Notes: generated by a model not told the origin, from the sequence alone. A DNA stretch of 64,000 nt from an uncultured delta proteobacterium (GCA_963745035.1 CAVUVW010000004.1:1-64000), one strand, 5' to 3'; numbered from the stretch's first letter, positions 42,881-53,325 are shown. Made by a program: numbers and translations.

Positions 42881-43966
42881 ATGATGCCATCGCAAAGCGA
42901 ATTTGTGCCGAAAACCTACGGAGCTACCCCGTTCGATCAGTTTCTCGAATGGGAAGAAATTCCGGTTATCAGAAACTTCGTTGTCAGTGACATCCGTAAA
43001 CTTCCGGTGGAGCCCTGGCGCCGGCGCGGTGGTCTCGGTTGCTACATCATTCTCGGACATCCGAAGGAGCCACCCAACTCGGCGGCGTATGTGTGTGAAA
43101 TTCCCCCGGGTCAAAGTCTAAAACCGCAAAAGCAGATGTTCGAGGAAATGATCTTTGTCCTCAAGGGACGCGGGGCGACGACGGTCTGGCTTGATGACGG
43201 AAAAAAGCAGACATTCGAATGGCAGGAGCGCTCGATGTTTTCGATCCCGTTGAATGCATGGCACCAGCATTTCAACGGCCAAGGCGGAGAAACCGTGCGC
43301 TATATCGGCTACACCAATGCGCCGTCCGCTTTCAATCTGTATCACAACTATGATTTTGTCTTTAACAATCCATACCAATTCCTCGACCGCTTTCACGGCG
43401 AAGAAGGCTACTTTAGCGGCAAGGGAACTGCGTTATCTGAGCGCCGGGTCTGGGATACCGCCTTTATCGCCGATATTGAGAAGCTTCAATTTCATGACTG
43501 GACTAAAAAGGGTCCAGGCGCCACCAACGTCGAGCTCGAGTTCTGCGACAACATAATTTCCGCGCATATCACCAGATCTCCCGTTGGCGCTTACAAAAAA
43601 GCGCACCGTCACGGCCTCGGCGCCGACATTCTCGTGCTCGAGGGAAAGGGCTTCTCGCTCATGTGGCTCGAAGGCTCGCCTATGGAGCGCTACGACTGGG
43701 GCGAGTTCAGCATGTTTTCGCCGCCGCATATGTGGTTTCATCAGCACTTCAACACTGCCAAGGAGCCGCTCAAGATGCTCGCCTTCAAGCCATTTGGACA
43801 GAAGTTTCAGGTGATGGACTACGACAAACTCTTCGTCAGCACCGGCGGAGGCGGACATTTGATCGAATTTCCCGATGAAGACCCAAAAGTGAAAGCGATG
43901 TTCGAGGAGGAACTTTGTAAAGAAGGTGTCCCTCTTAACATGCCGGCGCATATTTACAAGCGCTGA
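42881..43966 (+). CDS. Bicupin protein (distantly gentisate 1,2-dioxygenase-like)
   Basis: AGGAGG RBS; EIPPG...FEEMIFVLKGRG...PLNAWHQHFN and KKAHRHG...PPHMWFHQHFN. Confidence 0.8.
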   Translation: MMPSQSEFVPKTYGATPFDQFLEWEEIPVIRNFVVSDIRKLPVEPWRRRGGLGCYIILGHPKEPPNSAAYVCEIPPGQSLKPQKQMFEEMIFVLKGRGATTVWLDDGKKQTFEWQERSMFSIPLNAWHQHFNGQGGETVRYIGYTNAPSAFNLYHNYDFVFNNPYQFLDRFHGEEGYFSGKGTALSERRVWDTAFIADIEKLQFHDWTKKGPGATNVELEFCDNIISAHITRSPVGAYKKAHRHGLGADILVLEGKGFSLMWLEGSPMERYDWGEFSMFSPPHMWFHQHFNTAKEPLKMLAFKPFGQKFQVMDYDKLFVSTGGGGHLIEFPDEDPKVKAMFEEELCKEGVPLNMPAHIYKR

Positions 43967-43974
43967 GGCCATTC

Positions 43975-44949
43975 ATGAGAAAGAGCAACATGCAGAAAAA
44001 GTTGATCTTGGCACTCGCGCTAGTAGTTTCTCTTGCCGCGATGCCACCTGTGTCATGGTCGTTGGAAAAGGTCCGGCTCGGCTATAGCGGAATCGGTTCC
44101 GGCGAGGAAGTTCACCATTTCGCCAAAGAAGCGGGTTTGTTCCAAAAAGCCGGCCTCGACGTCGAAATCGTTTACATACCGGGGGGCTCGACGGTCGTGC
44201 AGGCGATGGCGTCAGGTGAGATCCAGTTCGGTCGCGGTTCGGCCACTGAAGTCGTCAGCGCACATATGGCCGGCTTTCCGCTCAAGATTCTCGCGGCGCT
44301 CATCAACAAGTTCGTCTACAGTTTCGTAACACCAACGACTGTCGTGAAGCCGCAAGACCTCAAGGGCCGGGCAGTGGCGATCAGCCGCTTTGGTTCTGGT
44401 TCGGATTTCATCACCCGTCTGGCGCTCAAGTCCTGGGGGCTGGAACCGATGAGGGATGTGACCATACTGCAAGTCGGCAATTCCCCCGAGCGATTGGCGG
44501 CGATCGTCGGCGGCAAAGTGCATGGTTCGATTCTTTCCCTGTCGCAGACGCCGAGAGCCAAGGCGTTGGGCCTGCGCGTGCTCGCTGATCTGTCGCAGAT
44601 CGATGCCGAATATCCGCAAGGGGTTCTTTACGTGTCATCGTCCTTGATCGAAAAACGCCCGGACTTGATGCGGACTTTTTTGGGCGCATATGTCGAGGCG
44701 ATTCGTCAATTCAAAACGAATAAACAGCTTGCTTATAAAATTATTGCGAAAAGCAGCGGCTTGAAGGACCGGGCTGAGATCGAAGAGTATCATAACCTTT
44801 TGTCTAAAAACTTCTTGCTGGATAATCCGATGCCGACTGTAGCCGGCGTCAAGACGGTGTTGGAAGATCTCGGCTCAAAAAATCCCAAGGTGCGTGAAAT
44901 CAAGCCGGAGGATCTGATGGATACACGCTTCTTGCGGGCGTTGAAATAA
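43975..44949 (+). CDS. NMT1/THI5/SsuA-type substrate-binding protein
   Basis: Signal peptide, GLF.K.GLDVEIV, DLKGRAVAISRFGSGSD, MDTRFL. Confidence 0.88.
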   Translation: MRKSNMQKKLILALALVVSLAAMPPVSWSLEKVRLGYSGIGSGEEVHHFAKEAGLFQKAGLDVEIVYIPGGSTVVQAMASGEIQFGRGSATEVVSAHMAGFPLKILAALINKFVYSFVTPTTVVKPQDLKGRAVAISRFGSGSDFITRLALKSWGLEPMRDVTILQVGNSPERLAAIVGGKVHGSILSLSQTPRAKALGLRVLADLSQIDAEYPQGVLYVSSSLIEKRPDLMRTFLGAYVEAIRQFKTNKQLAYKIIAKSSGLKDRAEIEEYHNLLSKNFLLDNPMPTVAGVKTVLEDLGSKNPKVREIKPEDLMDTRFLRALK

Positions 44950-44974
44950 GGCGAGTTGCAGAAAGGCGGTCAGT

Positions 44975-46369
44975 GTGAGCGCGAACGAAGGAATGATCGA
45001 TTTAAGACAGTTTCTGAGACTTTTGGAGTCCGAAGGAGAGTTGCACAAGATCGGCGCGGAGGTCGATCCGAAGCACGAGCTCGGCGCGATCTGCAAGATT
45101 CACAACGAGCGCCCAAACACTCCGGCGCTGCTGTTCGAGAACGTCAAAGGCCATAAAATTCCGGTGGTGGGGCAATTGCTCGCGACCGATCGACGGGTGG
45201 CGCTGGCGCTCGGTCTGTCGCAGGAAAACGTATTCGAAGAGACCGTGGCACGCGCGGGCAAGCCGCTGGCGCCGCGCCGGGTTCCGCAGGGCCCGTGTCA
45301 AGAAGTCGTCTTTGAAGGCGTCGACGTGGATCTCAGCAAGCTGCCGATCTGCACGAACAACCCCAATGACGGTGGCCAGTACATCACTGCGGGCCACGTC
45401 ATCATTAAGGATCCCGAATTTGGCAACAACCTCGCGATCTACCGGATGATGGTGGTGTCGAAGAACGAGGTGACGATCCGCTTCACTCCCGGCCACGATG
45501 GCTACGATTTTATCAAAGGCGCCGAGAAGCGCGGCCAAGAAAAATTCGAGGTCGCGGTGTGCATCGGTGTGCCGCCGGCGGTCTACGTCGCATCGCAGTT
45601 CGAGCCCCGCGCCGGAGTTTACGAGTTGGAAATCGCCGGCGGGCTTGCAGGCGTGCCCGTCGATGTCGTGAAGTGTCGCACTCTCGACTTGGAAGTTCCC
45701 GCGCTCGCCGAGATCGTGCTCGAAGGCGAGCTGACGATCCCGGCGAAGACCGGCGACGAGGGGCCGTTCGGCGAATTCTGCGGCTACACGACCGCGCAGG
45801 TGCCCAACGAGCGGATCATGAAGATCAAAGCGGTGACCCATCGCAAGAATCCGATTTATCACAACATCTGGCTCGGCAAGCCGCCGCACGAGCACCTCTA
45901 CGTCGATGCCTTGACCTACGCGGTGGCGGCCTACCAGGAATTGAAGCCTGCCTATCCGGCGCTGAAAAAAGCTTATGCGCCGCCCTGGGGCGTGTCGATC
46001 GTGTTGATCCTGCAATTGGAAAACCGTTTGATGCGCCCCGGGATTGTCAACAACATCCTCGCTTCGTCGCTCTACACGCGCAGCGGCAAGTGGAAGCACG
46101 TGATCGTGGTCGACGAAGACATCAACATGGAAGATCCCAACGAAGTGCTCTGGGCGTTGACCACGCGCTTCCAGCCGGCGACCGACATGTTCGTCATCCC
46201 GCGGAGCATCACCAGTTCCCTGGAGCCGTCGGCCGGCGCCGATGGTTTGACTTCGAAGCTGATGCTCGACCTGACGATCAAAGAGAACTTTCGCGGCGAA
46301 GTGGCGCAGCCCACCGACAAAATGCGCCAGTCGGTTTTGCAGCGCTGGAAAGAGTATGGCTTTAAATAA
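44975..46369 (+). CDS. UbiD family prenylated-FMN-dependent (de)carboxylase 1
   Basis: DLRQFL..LE..GEL, ALLFENVKG, NLAIYRM, VPALAEIVLEG, EGPFGEF.GY, VIVVDEDI, WALTTR. Confidence 0.93.
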   Translation: MSANEGMIDLRQFLRLLESEGELHKIGAEVDPKHELGAICKIHNERPNTPALLFENVKGHKIPVVGQLLATDRRVALALGLSQENVFEETVARAGKPLAPRRVPQGPCQEVVFEGVDVDLSKLPICTNNPNDGGQYITAGHVIIKDPEFGNNLAIYRMMVVSKNEVTIRFTPGHDGYDFIKGAEKRGQEKFEVAVCIGVPPAVYVASQFEPRAGVYELEIAGGLAGVPVDVVKCRTLDLEVPALAEIVLEGELTIPAKTGDEGPFGEFCGYTTAQVPNERIMKIKAVTHRKNPIYHNIWLGKPPHEHLYVDALTYAVAAYQELKPAYPALKKAYAPPWGVSIVLILQLENRLMRPGIVNNILASSLYTRSGKWKHVIVVDEDINMEDPNEVLWALTTRFQPATDMFVIPRSITSSLEPSAGADGLTSKLMLDLTIKENFRGEVAQPTDKMRQSVLQRWKEYGFK

Positions 46370-46379
46370 GGATAAATTC

Positions 46380-46418
46380 GTTCAAGCTGTTCAAGACGTT
46401 CAAAGCGTTCAATCCGTT
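46380..46418. repeat. Intergenic 9-bp tandem repeat GTTCAANNN x4
   Basis: GTTCAAGCT GTTCAAGAC GTTCAAAGC GTTCAATCC GTT. Confidence 0.75.
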
Positions 46419-46440
46419 TAGGATTCAGAGGGAAACTTCC

Positions 46441-47681
46441 GTGGCGAAGGCGAGACGGGAAGAGAAAAACTAAAAGCGTTACGGTAGCGGATATCCCACA
46501 TGTAGGGCCGGGAACGCCGTGTGGCGAATGGTTTCGGCGCTACTGGATCGTGGTCGGAACCGCGCAGGAGCTGTACGACATTCCCCAAGCTGTGAAAGTG
46601 CTCGGCGAAAAATTGGTGTTGTTCCGCGATCCGGCCGGGAAAGTCGGCTTGCTCGGCGAGCACTGTCCCCATCGCGGCGCGTCGTTGGAATACGGCGACA
46701 TCGAAGACGGTGGTTTGCGTTGCCCCTATCACGGCTGGCTTTTCAATACCGCACGGCCAATGCCTGGAGATGCCGGCGGAGCCGAAAGACAGCAAGTTTT
46801 GCCAGAAGGTGAAACATCTTTCCTATCCGGTGAAAGAACTCGGCGGCTTGTTGTTCGCGTACATGGGGCCGAATGCGGACGATGCGCCGCCGCTGCCGAA
46901 CTATGCGCCGCTCGCCGAGCGGCCCGGCCAGTGGCAGGTCGAGCCGGTGCGGCATGCGGACTACAACTGGTTCAACTTCTTCGAAAACTCCGCCGACCCG
47001 GCGCACGTGTGCATCCTGCATCGCCACGCCGGCTACGGCCAGCAGTCCTGGGGCAATCAGTTCTTCAGCTACACGGATATGCCGCACTTCGAGTTCATCG
47101 AAATGGATTACGGCATGAAAGTCGTGATGACCAAGCCGGGGTCAGAAAAGGGAACCGAGTTTGTCGACGAGATGAGTCTCGCGCTGCCGAGCATCGTGCA
47201 AGTCGGCGATACCGAGTTTGTGCATGCCAAAGTCGATGCCGCGGAACTGATGGCGCGGGGCTCTCAGTGCGAGCACTGGATGTTCGTGACGCCGAACGAC
47301 GATGACCACTTTATGCTTTTTACCGCTGACAATTATCGCGGCCCGGAGGCGGATTTTTTCGCCAAGCTGAAGACGCTGCGCGCCAAAGAGATGCCGGCCG
47401 AAGAAGTCAAGCCGTACGACAAGCGGCGCTTCATGCCGTACAAAGGCAACATCCGTCAGGAAGACATCATCACTCAGGGAACGCAGGGTCTCCTCGGCGA
47501 ACGCGGCGAGCAGCTCGGCGTCTCCGATCGTGGCGTGATCAAGTTTCGCAAGATCGTGCTCGAGGCGATCGAGACGGCGCTCAGCGGCGGCCGTCCCAAG
47601 GGCGTGATCGGGAAAAGCGAGTCCGCGGGGCTTTATAAGCTGGATACGCAGGTGGGACTGCGAGAGAAGAAAACTCAGTAG
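46441..47681 (+). CDS. Rieske oxygenase alpha subunit, paralog 2, frameshifted near 46470 and 46755
   Basis: HVGPGTPCGEWFRRYW, CPHRGASL...CPYHGW, ENSADPAHVCILH, QEDI, LGVSDRGV; collinear with paralog 1. Confidence 0.88.
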
Positions 47682-47752
47682 AAGGGCGGCAAAAGCTAGG
47701 TGAAAGATTTTTGCGCATTTCGCCGCGCATTGCAGGTGACAAGGAGGCAACG

Positions 47753-48656
47753 ATGATACGAGGAGTGCTGCTGCCGATTATCACGCCGTTCGACGAAAAG
47801 GTTCGGGTCGACGAACAGATGATGCGCCAGCTGGTCGATTTTCACATCAAGGCTGGGGTGCAGGGATTGTTCGTGGCTCGGCTCCACCGGCCAAGGACCG
47901 GCGATGACGGTCGAGGAGCGCAAGCAAACGGCCGCCGATCGCGCTCGATCAGGCGAAATCGCGCGTGCCGGTGATCATTCACGTCGGCACGGCCGATGCG
48001 GGCAGCGCGGTCGAGCTGGCTGAGCACGCCGCGGCGCACAAAGCCGACGCGGTGGCAATCGTGCCGCCGTATTACTATTCCGATCACACCGAATACGAGA
48101 TCATCGCGCACTACGAAGCGGTCCACAAAGCGGTGCCGCTGCCGATCTATATCTACGAAAATCCTAAATACTCTGGGATTTCGATTCCGCCCGGCTTTGC
48201 CGTTCGCATGAAAGAAAAGGTGCCGGCGCTTAAAGGCATCAAAGTCGCTTATGGCCAAGGCGCGCTGCTCGACTACGTGCGGCTGTTGCCCGACGTTTCG
48301 GTGTTCACCGGCAACGCAGACCTTTTCGGTTTGGTGCCGTTCGGCGTCGCCGGGATGATCAATCCGCCGACGAGCTTCGTCCCCGAACTGTGCGTCGATC
48401 TTTTCAACTCTCTCGATCGCAAAGACTTCCCGGCGGCCGTGGAAGCGCAGAAGCGGGTAGATACCGCGGCGCGAATCGTGGCCGCTCGCTTGCGCAAATA
48501 CGGCCGAGTGCCGCTGCAGGAGGTCTATCGCATGCGCGGTTTCGCCGTGAAGCGTTTTCCCAAGTGGGAGACCGAGCAGATGCCGAAGGAGGAAATCGCC
48601 GAAATTGGAGCGTGAGCTTAGGGACGCGGGGATTCTCGGACAGTGAAAGGATTTAA
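47753..48656 (+). CDS. Dihydrodipicolinate synthase/N-acetylneuraminate lyase family aldolase, frameshifted
   Basis: RGVLLPIITPFD, GSTGQG (after indel), ADAVAIVPPYY, IYIYENP, LKGIKVA (Schiff-base Lys); AGGAGG RBS. Confidence 0.85.
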
Positions 48657-48720
48657 GTTATTGCTTGAAAACGGGATGAAGTTGCAAGAATTGCTCTGCG
48701 ACTAAGCGCGATTATGATGC

Positions 48721-49728
48721 TTGAAGCGAGCGCTCAGTCGCATGCTGATGAATGCTGGAGAGATGCTTTGTCCTTTGTGCTCTTTCGCACTGAGTTTTCT
48801 TATTCCGTCGGTCGCGCAAGCAGAGCCCATTCGATTGGCGTATAGCTCGATCAGCGGCGCCATGGCGCCTTTATGGGTGGCGCAGGACTATGGGTATTTT
48901 CGCCGCCACGGAGTGGATCTTCAGCTGCTCTACATCGGCGGCGGCTCGGTGGCGACTCAAGCGCTCCTCGGCGGCGATGTGCAGTTCGTTCGGCTCGGCG
49001 CGAACGCCGTCGTTCAGGCGTCGCTTAGAGGCGCCAATCTCAAAATGATCGGCAATACGATCAACACGCTGGTATTTTCATTGATGGCCCGCCCCGAAGT
49101 CCAAACCGCCAAGGATCTCAAAGGTAGAAAAATCGGTTTGACACGCCTCGGCGGCTCGACGGATTTTGCTTTGGATCTCGCGCTCAAAAAATGGGGACTG
49201 CGGCGCGGCTCCGACGTTGCGGTTCTCCAGACCGGCGGCATGCCGCAATTGCTCGGGGCGATCACCGGCGGAGTCGTCGACGCCGGCGTGGTCTCGCCGC
49301 CGACCAACTTGTCGGCGGCCAAGCTCGGTCTCAAGGAACTTGTCGACTTCGGCGAAATCGGCATTGTCTATCCCAACTCGCCGCTCGCCACATCTCAAGT
49401 GTACTTGGAAAAAAACCGGGCTACCGCTCTGAGGGTCTTGCGCGCCTACTGCGAAGGCATTCATCGGGTGAGAACGGACAAAGAGGGAACGATGAAGGTC
49501 CTGGCGAGATACACGAAGGTGAATGACCCGGAGATTCTCGCCGAGCTTTACCGAATCTACGGCGTCAAGTATCTCGAGCCGATTCCGAGAGTGAGACTGG
49601 ATGCCGTCGATGAAGTGTTGCGCTCCGAGGTGAAAGCGGGGGCGGGTGTCAAGGCGAGTGATTTCATTGACAACAGCCTGGTGGCCGAGCTCGAGCAGCA
49701 GGGATTGTTTCAGACGTTGTACCGATAG
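48721..49728 (+). CDS. NMT1/THI5/SsuA-type substrate-binding protein (close paralog of 40983)
   Basis: IRLAYSSISGAM, LLYIGGGS, LKGRKIGLTRLGGSTD, QTGGMP, FIDNS. Confidence 0.88.
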   Translation: MKRALSRMLMNAGEMLCPLCSFALSFLIPSVAQAEPIRLAYSSISGAMAPLWVAQDYGYFRRHGVDLQLLYIGGGSVATQALLGGDVQFVRLGANAVVQASLRGANLKMIGNTINTLVFSLMARPEVQTAKDLKGRKIGLTRLGGSTDFALDLALKKWGLRRGSDVAVLQTGGMPQLLGAITGGVVDAGVVSPPTNLSAAKLGLKELVDFGEIGIVYPNSPLATSQVYLEKNRATALRVLRAYCEGIHRVRTDKEGTMKVLARYTKVNDPEILAELYRIYGVKYLEPIPRVRLDAVDEVLRSEVKAGAGVKASDFIDNSLVAELEQQGLFQTLYR

Positions 49729-49734
49729 GAGGAA

Positions 49735-51165
49735 GTGATGGCTTATAAAGATCTCCGGGAGTGGCTGGATCAGGTCAACCAGTTAGGCGAGCTCAAAACC
49801 GTGGAGGGCGCGGACTGGGATCTGGAGATCGGCGCGATCATCGAGATGGCGCGCAAGGAAGCCAAGGTCGCTCCTTGTATACTGTTCGATTCAATTAAAG
49901 GCTTCGATAAGGGTTTGCGGCTCGTGGCCGGACAGCTTAACTCGATCAAACGGGTCGCGCTCACCTGCGGCATGCCGACCGACATGGCGACCATGGATTT
50001 GGTCCGAGCCATGCGCACGAAGATCAAGGAAATGAAGCCGATTCCGCCGCGCGAGGTCAAAGAAGGGCCTTTCCTGGAGAATGTTTGGGAGGAAAAAGAC
50101 GTCGACGTCATGCGTTTCCCGACGCCGCGCTACAACATCGGCGACGGCGGACGCTACATCGGCACCGGGCATCTGACGATCACCCGGGATCCGGAAGAAG
50201 GCTGGCTCAACATCGGCACTTACCGAGTGATGATTCACGATGAGAAGTCCGTCGGGCTGTATATCTCTCCGGGACGGCACGCGCGCATTCAAATGGAAAA
50301 GTATTTTGCCCAGAAGCGCCCTATGCCCGTGGCGCTCTCGTTGGGGCACGATCCGCTTCTCTTCATGGCGTCGGCCTTTGAAGTGCCGTACGGGCTCTCG
50401 GAATACGATTTCGCCGGCGGCCTCAAAGGCGCGCCGATCGAGGTGGTCAAACTGGCGCGAACGGGTCTTCAAGTGCCGGCGACCGCGGAGGTTGTCATCG
50501 AGGGCGAATGTTTGCCGGGCGATCAAAAGACCGAAGGGCCGTTCGGCGAGTGGACCGGATACTACGCGAGTCACGTCCGAGAAGAGCCCATCATCCGCAT
50601 CCGCCGTATGTATTGTCGCAACGATCCGATCATGGCGGGCGCGCCGCCGAGCCGGCCGCCGACGGAGGCAACTTTCTATAAAAGTTTTTGGCGGTCGGCC
50701 ATGGTTTGGGAAGAGCTCGAGCGCGCCGGCGTGCCCGATGTCGTCGGGGTTTACTGCCCGCCTGAAGGCAATACGCGGCTGCTCACTGTAGTCGCCATCC
50801 GCCAGCGTTATCCGGGCCACGCGCGCCAGGCGGGATTGATCGCGTCTCAATGCCACGCTGCCGCGTATCTCGGGCGTTTCACCGTTGTGGTCGACGAGGA
50901 CATCGACCCAACCGACATGAAGGATGTGTGGTGGGCGATGACGACCCGCTGCGATCCGTCGGAAGACATCGAAATTCTGCGCCGCTGCTGGAGCGGGCCG
51001 TTGGATCCGATCGTTCAAAGAGGCAAAAAGGGATTCAACTCCCGAGCTGTCATCGACGCTTGTCGACCGTACGAATGGATCAAAGATTTCCCCGCTTCGG
51101 TGATCGTACCGCCGGACCTGGCGCAGCAGGTGAGACAAAAGTGGGGCAAACAAATTTTGTCGTAA
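49735..51165 (+). CDS. UbiD family prenylated-FMN-dependent (de)carboxylase 2
   Basis: YKDLREWL, DGGRYIGT, NIGTYRVM, VPATAEVVIEG, EGPFGEWTGYY, VVVDEDID, WAMTTRCDP. Confidence 0.93.
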   Translation: MMAYKDLREWLDQVNQLGELKTVEGADWDLEIGAIIEMARKEAKVAPCILFDSIKGFDKGLRLVAGQLNSIKRVALTCGMPTDMATMDLVRAMRTKIKEMKPIPPREVKEGPFLENVWEEKDVDVMRFPTPRYNIGDGGRYIGTGHLTITRDPEEGWLNIGTYRVMIHDEKSVGLYISPGRHARIQMEKYFAQKRPMPVALSLGHDPLLFMASAFEVPYGLSEYDFAGGLKGAPIEVVKLARTGLQVPATAEVVIEGECLPGDQKTEGPFGEWTGYYASHVREEPIIRIRRMYCRNDPIMAGAPPSRPPTEATFYKSFWRSAMVWEELERAGVPDVVGVYCPPEGNTRLLTVVAIRQRYPGHARQAGLIASQCHAAAYLGRFTVVVDEDIDPTDMKDVWWAMTTRCDPSEDIEILRRCWSGPLDPIVQRGKKGFNSRAVIDACRPYEWIKDFPASVIVPPDLAQQVRQKWGKQILS

Positions 51166-51193
51166 GCGGCTTGAAACGTAGTTTGTTCATTTC

Positions 51194-51793
51194 ATGATTC
51201 GTTACGATTGCTTCGAATGGTTGGCGCCGCTTATGACGGACCAGCTCGTGGTCACGTCCCTCAGCGGACAAAGAGTGGAGTGGGGACATCTGTCGAAGCG
51301 TGAGGCGGACCTGAACCTCGGTTCCATGGGCAATGCATTGGCCGTAGGAATCGGCCTTGCGCTCGCGTTGCCGCATCGCAAAGTCTTCGTGTTCGAGTCG
51401 GATGGCAGCATCCTGCTCTCGCTCTTCAATCTCCCCACACTGGCGAACCTCAATCCGCCCAACATGGCCGTGTTCGTGTTCGACAATCAGGCTTACAGCG
51501 GCACGCGGATCAGCTATCCGAGCGCGACGGCGGGGAAAACGGATCTTGCGGCGGTGGCCAAAGGGTCCGGCATCGAGCATGCCGTGACCGTGTCGGAGCT
51601 GGAGGATTTCAAGAGGGAAGCTACCGGAGCGATGAACCAGACCGGCTTGCGCTTCGTCGTCTGCAAAATCGAAGAGAGCCTCGGTCACCGGAAGATCACC
51701 CGAAGCGACATCGATTTGTTGGAGACCAAGTACCGCTTCGTGCGTTATCTCGAGCGCACCGAAGGCAAAGCCATTTTCCAAGGACGGGGATAA
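51194..51793 (+). CDS. ThDP-dependent enzyme, PP-domain subunit (ComE/sulfopyruvate decarboxylase beta-like), copy 1
   Basis: LGSMG.A..VGIGLALA, ESDGSILL...FDNQAYSGT. Confidence 0.85.
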   Translation: MIRYDCFEWLAPLMTDQLVVTSLSGQRVEWGHLSKREADLNLGSMGNALAVGIGLALALPHRKVFVFESDGSILLSLFNLPTLANLNPPNMAVFVFDNQAYSGTRISYPSATAGKTDLAAVAKGSGIEHAVTVSELEDFKREATGAMNQTGLRFVVCKIEESLGHRKITRSDIDLLETKYRFVRYLERTEGKAIFQGRG

Positions 51794-51820
51794 ACACTCG
51801 ATAGTACGATTTGTAATCTT

Positions 51821-52327
51821 ATGAAAGCCGAGCTCGCCAGCAGAACCGTCGCGGGACTGAAAGCCGCGGGGATAGATTTCGTCAGCTACATGCCCGAGAC
51901 GAGGTTGAGCGAAATTCTCCCGCTGATGAAGGCAGACGGGTCTTTTACTCTGGTGCCGGTGGCCAGTGAAGCCGAGGCGGTGGGTATCGCCGCGGGGGCC
52001 TCCCTGGGAGGAAAACGCTCGGCTGTATACATGGAAGGAACCGGTCTTTTCGTTTCGACTTACAACCTGCTCACGATCGGCGAGCGCTACGGCGTGCCGA
52101 TGCTGTTGCTGGTGGCTTACGTTGGAAGTTTCGAAGACCAGCGCAACTCCTATCTGTTTTCCCACTACGGCAACAAGACCAAGGGCATACTCGATACTCT
52201 TGGCATTCAATACCTGACCGTCGCTGCCGCCGACGAGCTCGAACCGCGGATCAAAGACGCGGTCAGAATGATGCACGCCCTGAAGCTGCCCGTGGCTTTG
52301 CTGTTCACGGGAGAATTCACCGAATAG
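51821..52327 (+). CDS. ThDP-dependent enzyme, Pyr-domain subunit (ComD alpha-like), copy 1
   Basis: LKAAGIDFVSYMPE, SEAEAVGIAAGASLGG, VPMLLLV. Confidence 0.85.
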   Translation: MKAELASRTVAGLKAAGIDFVSYMPETRLSEILPLMKADGSFTLVPVASEAEAVGIAAGASLGGKRSAVYMEGTGLFVSTYNLLTIGERYGVPMLLLVAYVGSFEDQRNSYLFSHYGNKTKGILDTLGIQYLTVAAADELEPRIKDAVRMMHALKLPVALLFTGEFTE

Positions 52328-52353
52328 CTATCCGTTTAGAAAGGTCCATCAAA

Positions 52354-53325
52354 ATGAAATTGCGCAGCTCGATCCTGCACGCTGTTTTTCTTATCGCAGG
52401 GACTTTAAGTTTGGCCAGCGTCGAGGCGAAAACGATCTATATCGCCGTTTCCAATCCCGACATGTCGTTCTTGAGCGGCGGTGTTGCTAAGTTTCAAGGC
52501 TACTTCAAGGACGAGGGACTGGACGTCGAAGTTTTACAGATGAACGCCAACGTCTCGGTGGCGGCCCTAGCGGCGGGCAACGTCGATTACAATCTGATCC
52601 TGCAGTCTGTGGTCACGGCAAATCTGCGCGGCTTGCCGCTCAAGATCGTCGGCATTCTGATCGAACGGCCCAATCACGTCGTGGTCGTCCATCCGAGCAT
52701 TCAGAAATTCGCCGATCTAAAAAATAAAAAAATTGCGATCAGCTCATTTGGCTCTCTGGTGGATATCCTGGCGCGACTCACGGCCGCCCATTTCCAGCTC
52801 GATCCGCGCAGGGAAGTGGAGTATGTCGCGGCGGGGAGCAGCTCGGCGCGCGTCGCGCAACTGCAGGCCGGCGTGGTGCAGGCGGCCTTCGTGACTCCTC
52901 CCGGCAATCTGCGGGCGGAAGCTTCGGGCTTCAAAACTTTGCTGCGGGTCCGAGACTTGTTCCCTTTTCCGGTAAACGGCATCGGCGTTACCGAGCAGAA
53001 GCTCAAGACCAACCGGGACGAAGTGAAGAAAATCGTCCGGGCGCTGCTGCGCGCCAACCGTTTTATCGTCAATAATCCAAAGGGCGCGGTTAAAATCCTC
53101 TCCGATTGGGGCAGGACCAAACCCGAGGTAGCCGAGGACGCTTACAATGACAACGCGAAAAATTATAGCCGCAATCTGCTGGTATCGAGAGCGACTTTGG
53201 AGAACGTCATCGAGAGCACGCGTTTGAACGTGGAGTTGAAAAGAAGCGTCTCGGTCGACGAGATCTTCGACTTTAGCTTGGTCCGCGAGGTGCTTAAGGA
53301 AATGGGAGAATCGCCGAATCCATGA
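52354..53325 (+). CDS. NMT1/THI5/SsuA-type substrate-binding protein
   Basis: Signal peptide, GYFKDEGLDVE, DLKNKKIAISSFGS, IFDFSL. Confidence 0.88.
   Translation: MKLRSSILHAVFLIAGTLSLASVEAKTIYIAVSNPDMSFLSGGVAKFQGYFKDEGLDVEVLQMNANVSVAALAAGNVDYNLILQSVVTANLRGLPLKIVGILIERPNHVVVVHPSIQKFADLKNKKIAISSFGSLVDILARLTAAHFQLDPRREVEYVAAGSSSARVAQLQAGVVQAAFVTPPGNLRAEASGFKTLLRVRDLFPFPVNGIGVTEQKLKTNRDEVKKIVRALLRANRFIVNNPKGAVKILSDWGRTKPEVAEDAYNDNAKNYSRNLLVSRATLENVIESTRLNVELKRSVSVDEIFDFSLVREVLKEMGESPNP

Noticed and set aside
46380-46418. Possible CRISPR array (also considered for 27937-28042)
   Set aside because: Units are 8-9 bp with no 25-45 bp repeat/spacer structure, and there are no cas genes.
45002-52276. 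Long minus-strand ORFs (45002..46099, 49891..51153, 51080..52276; similarly 16298..17317, 40127..41092, 56695..57678)
   Set aside because: Antisense shadows of well-supported + strand genes in GC-rich DNA, with no recognisable motifs.
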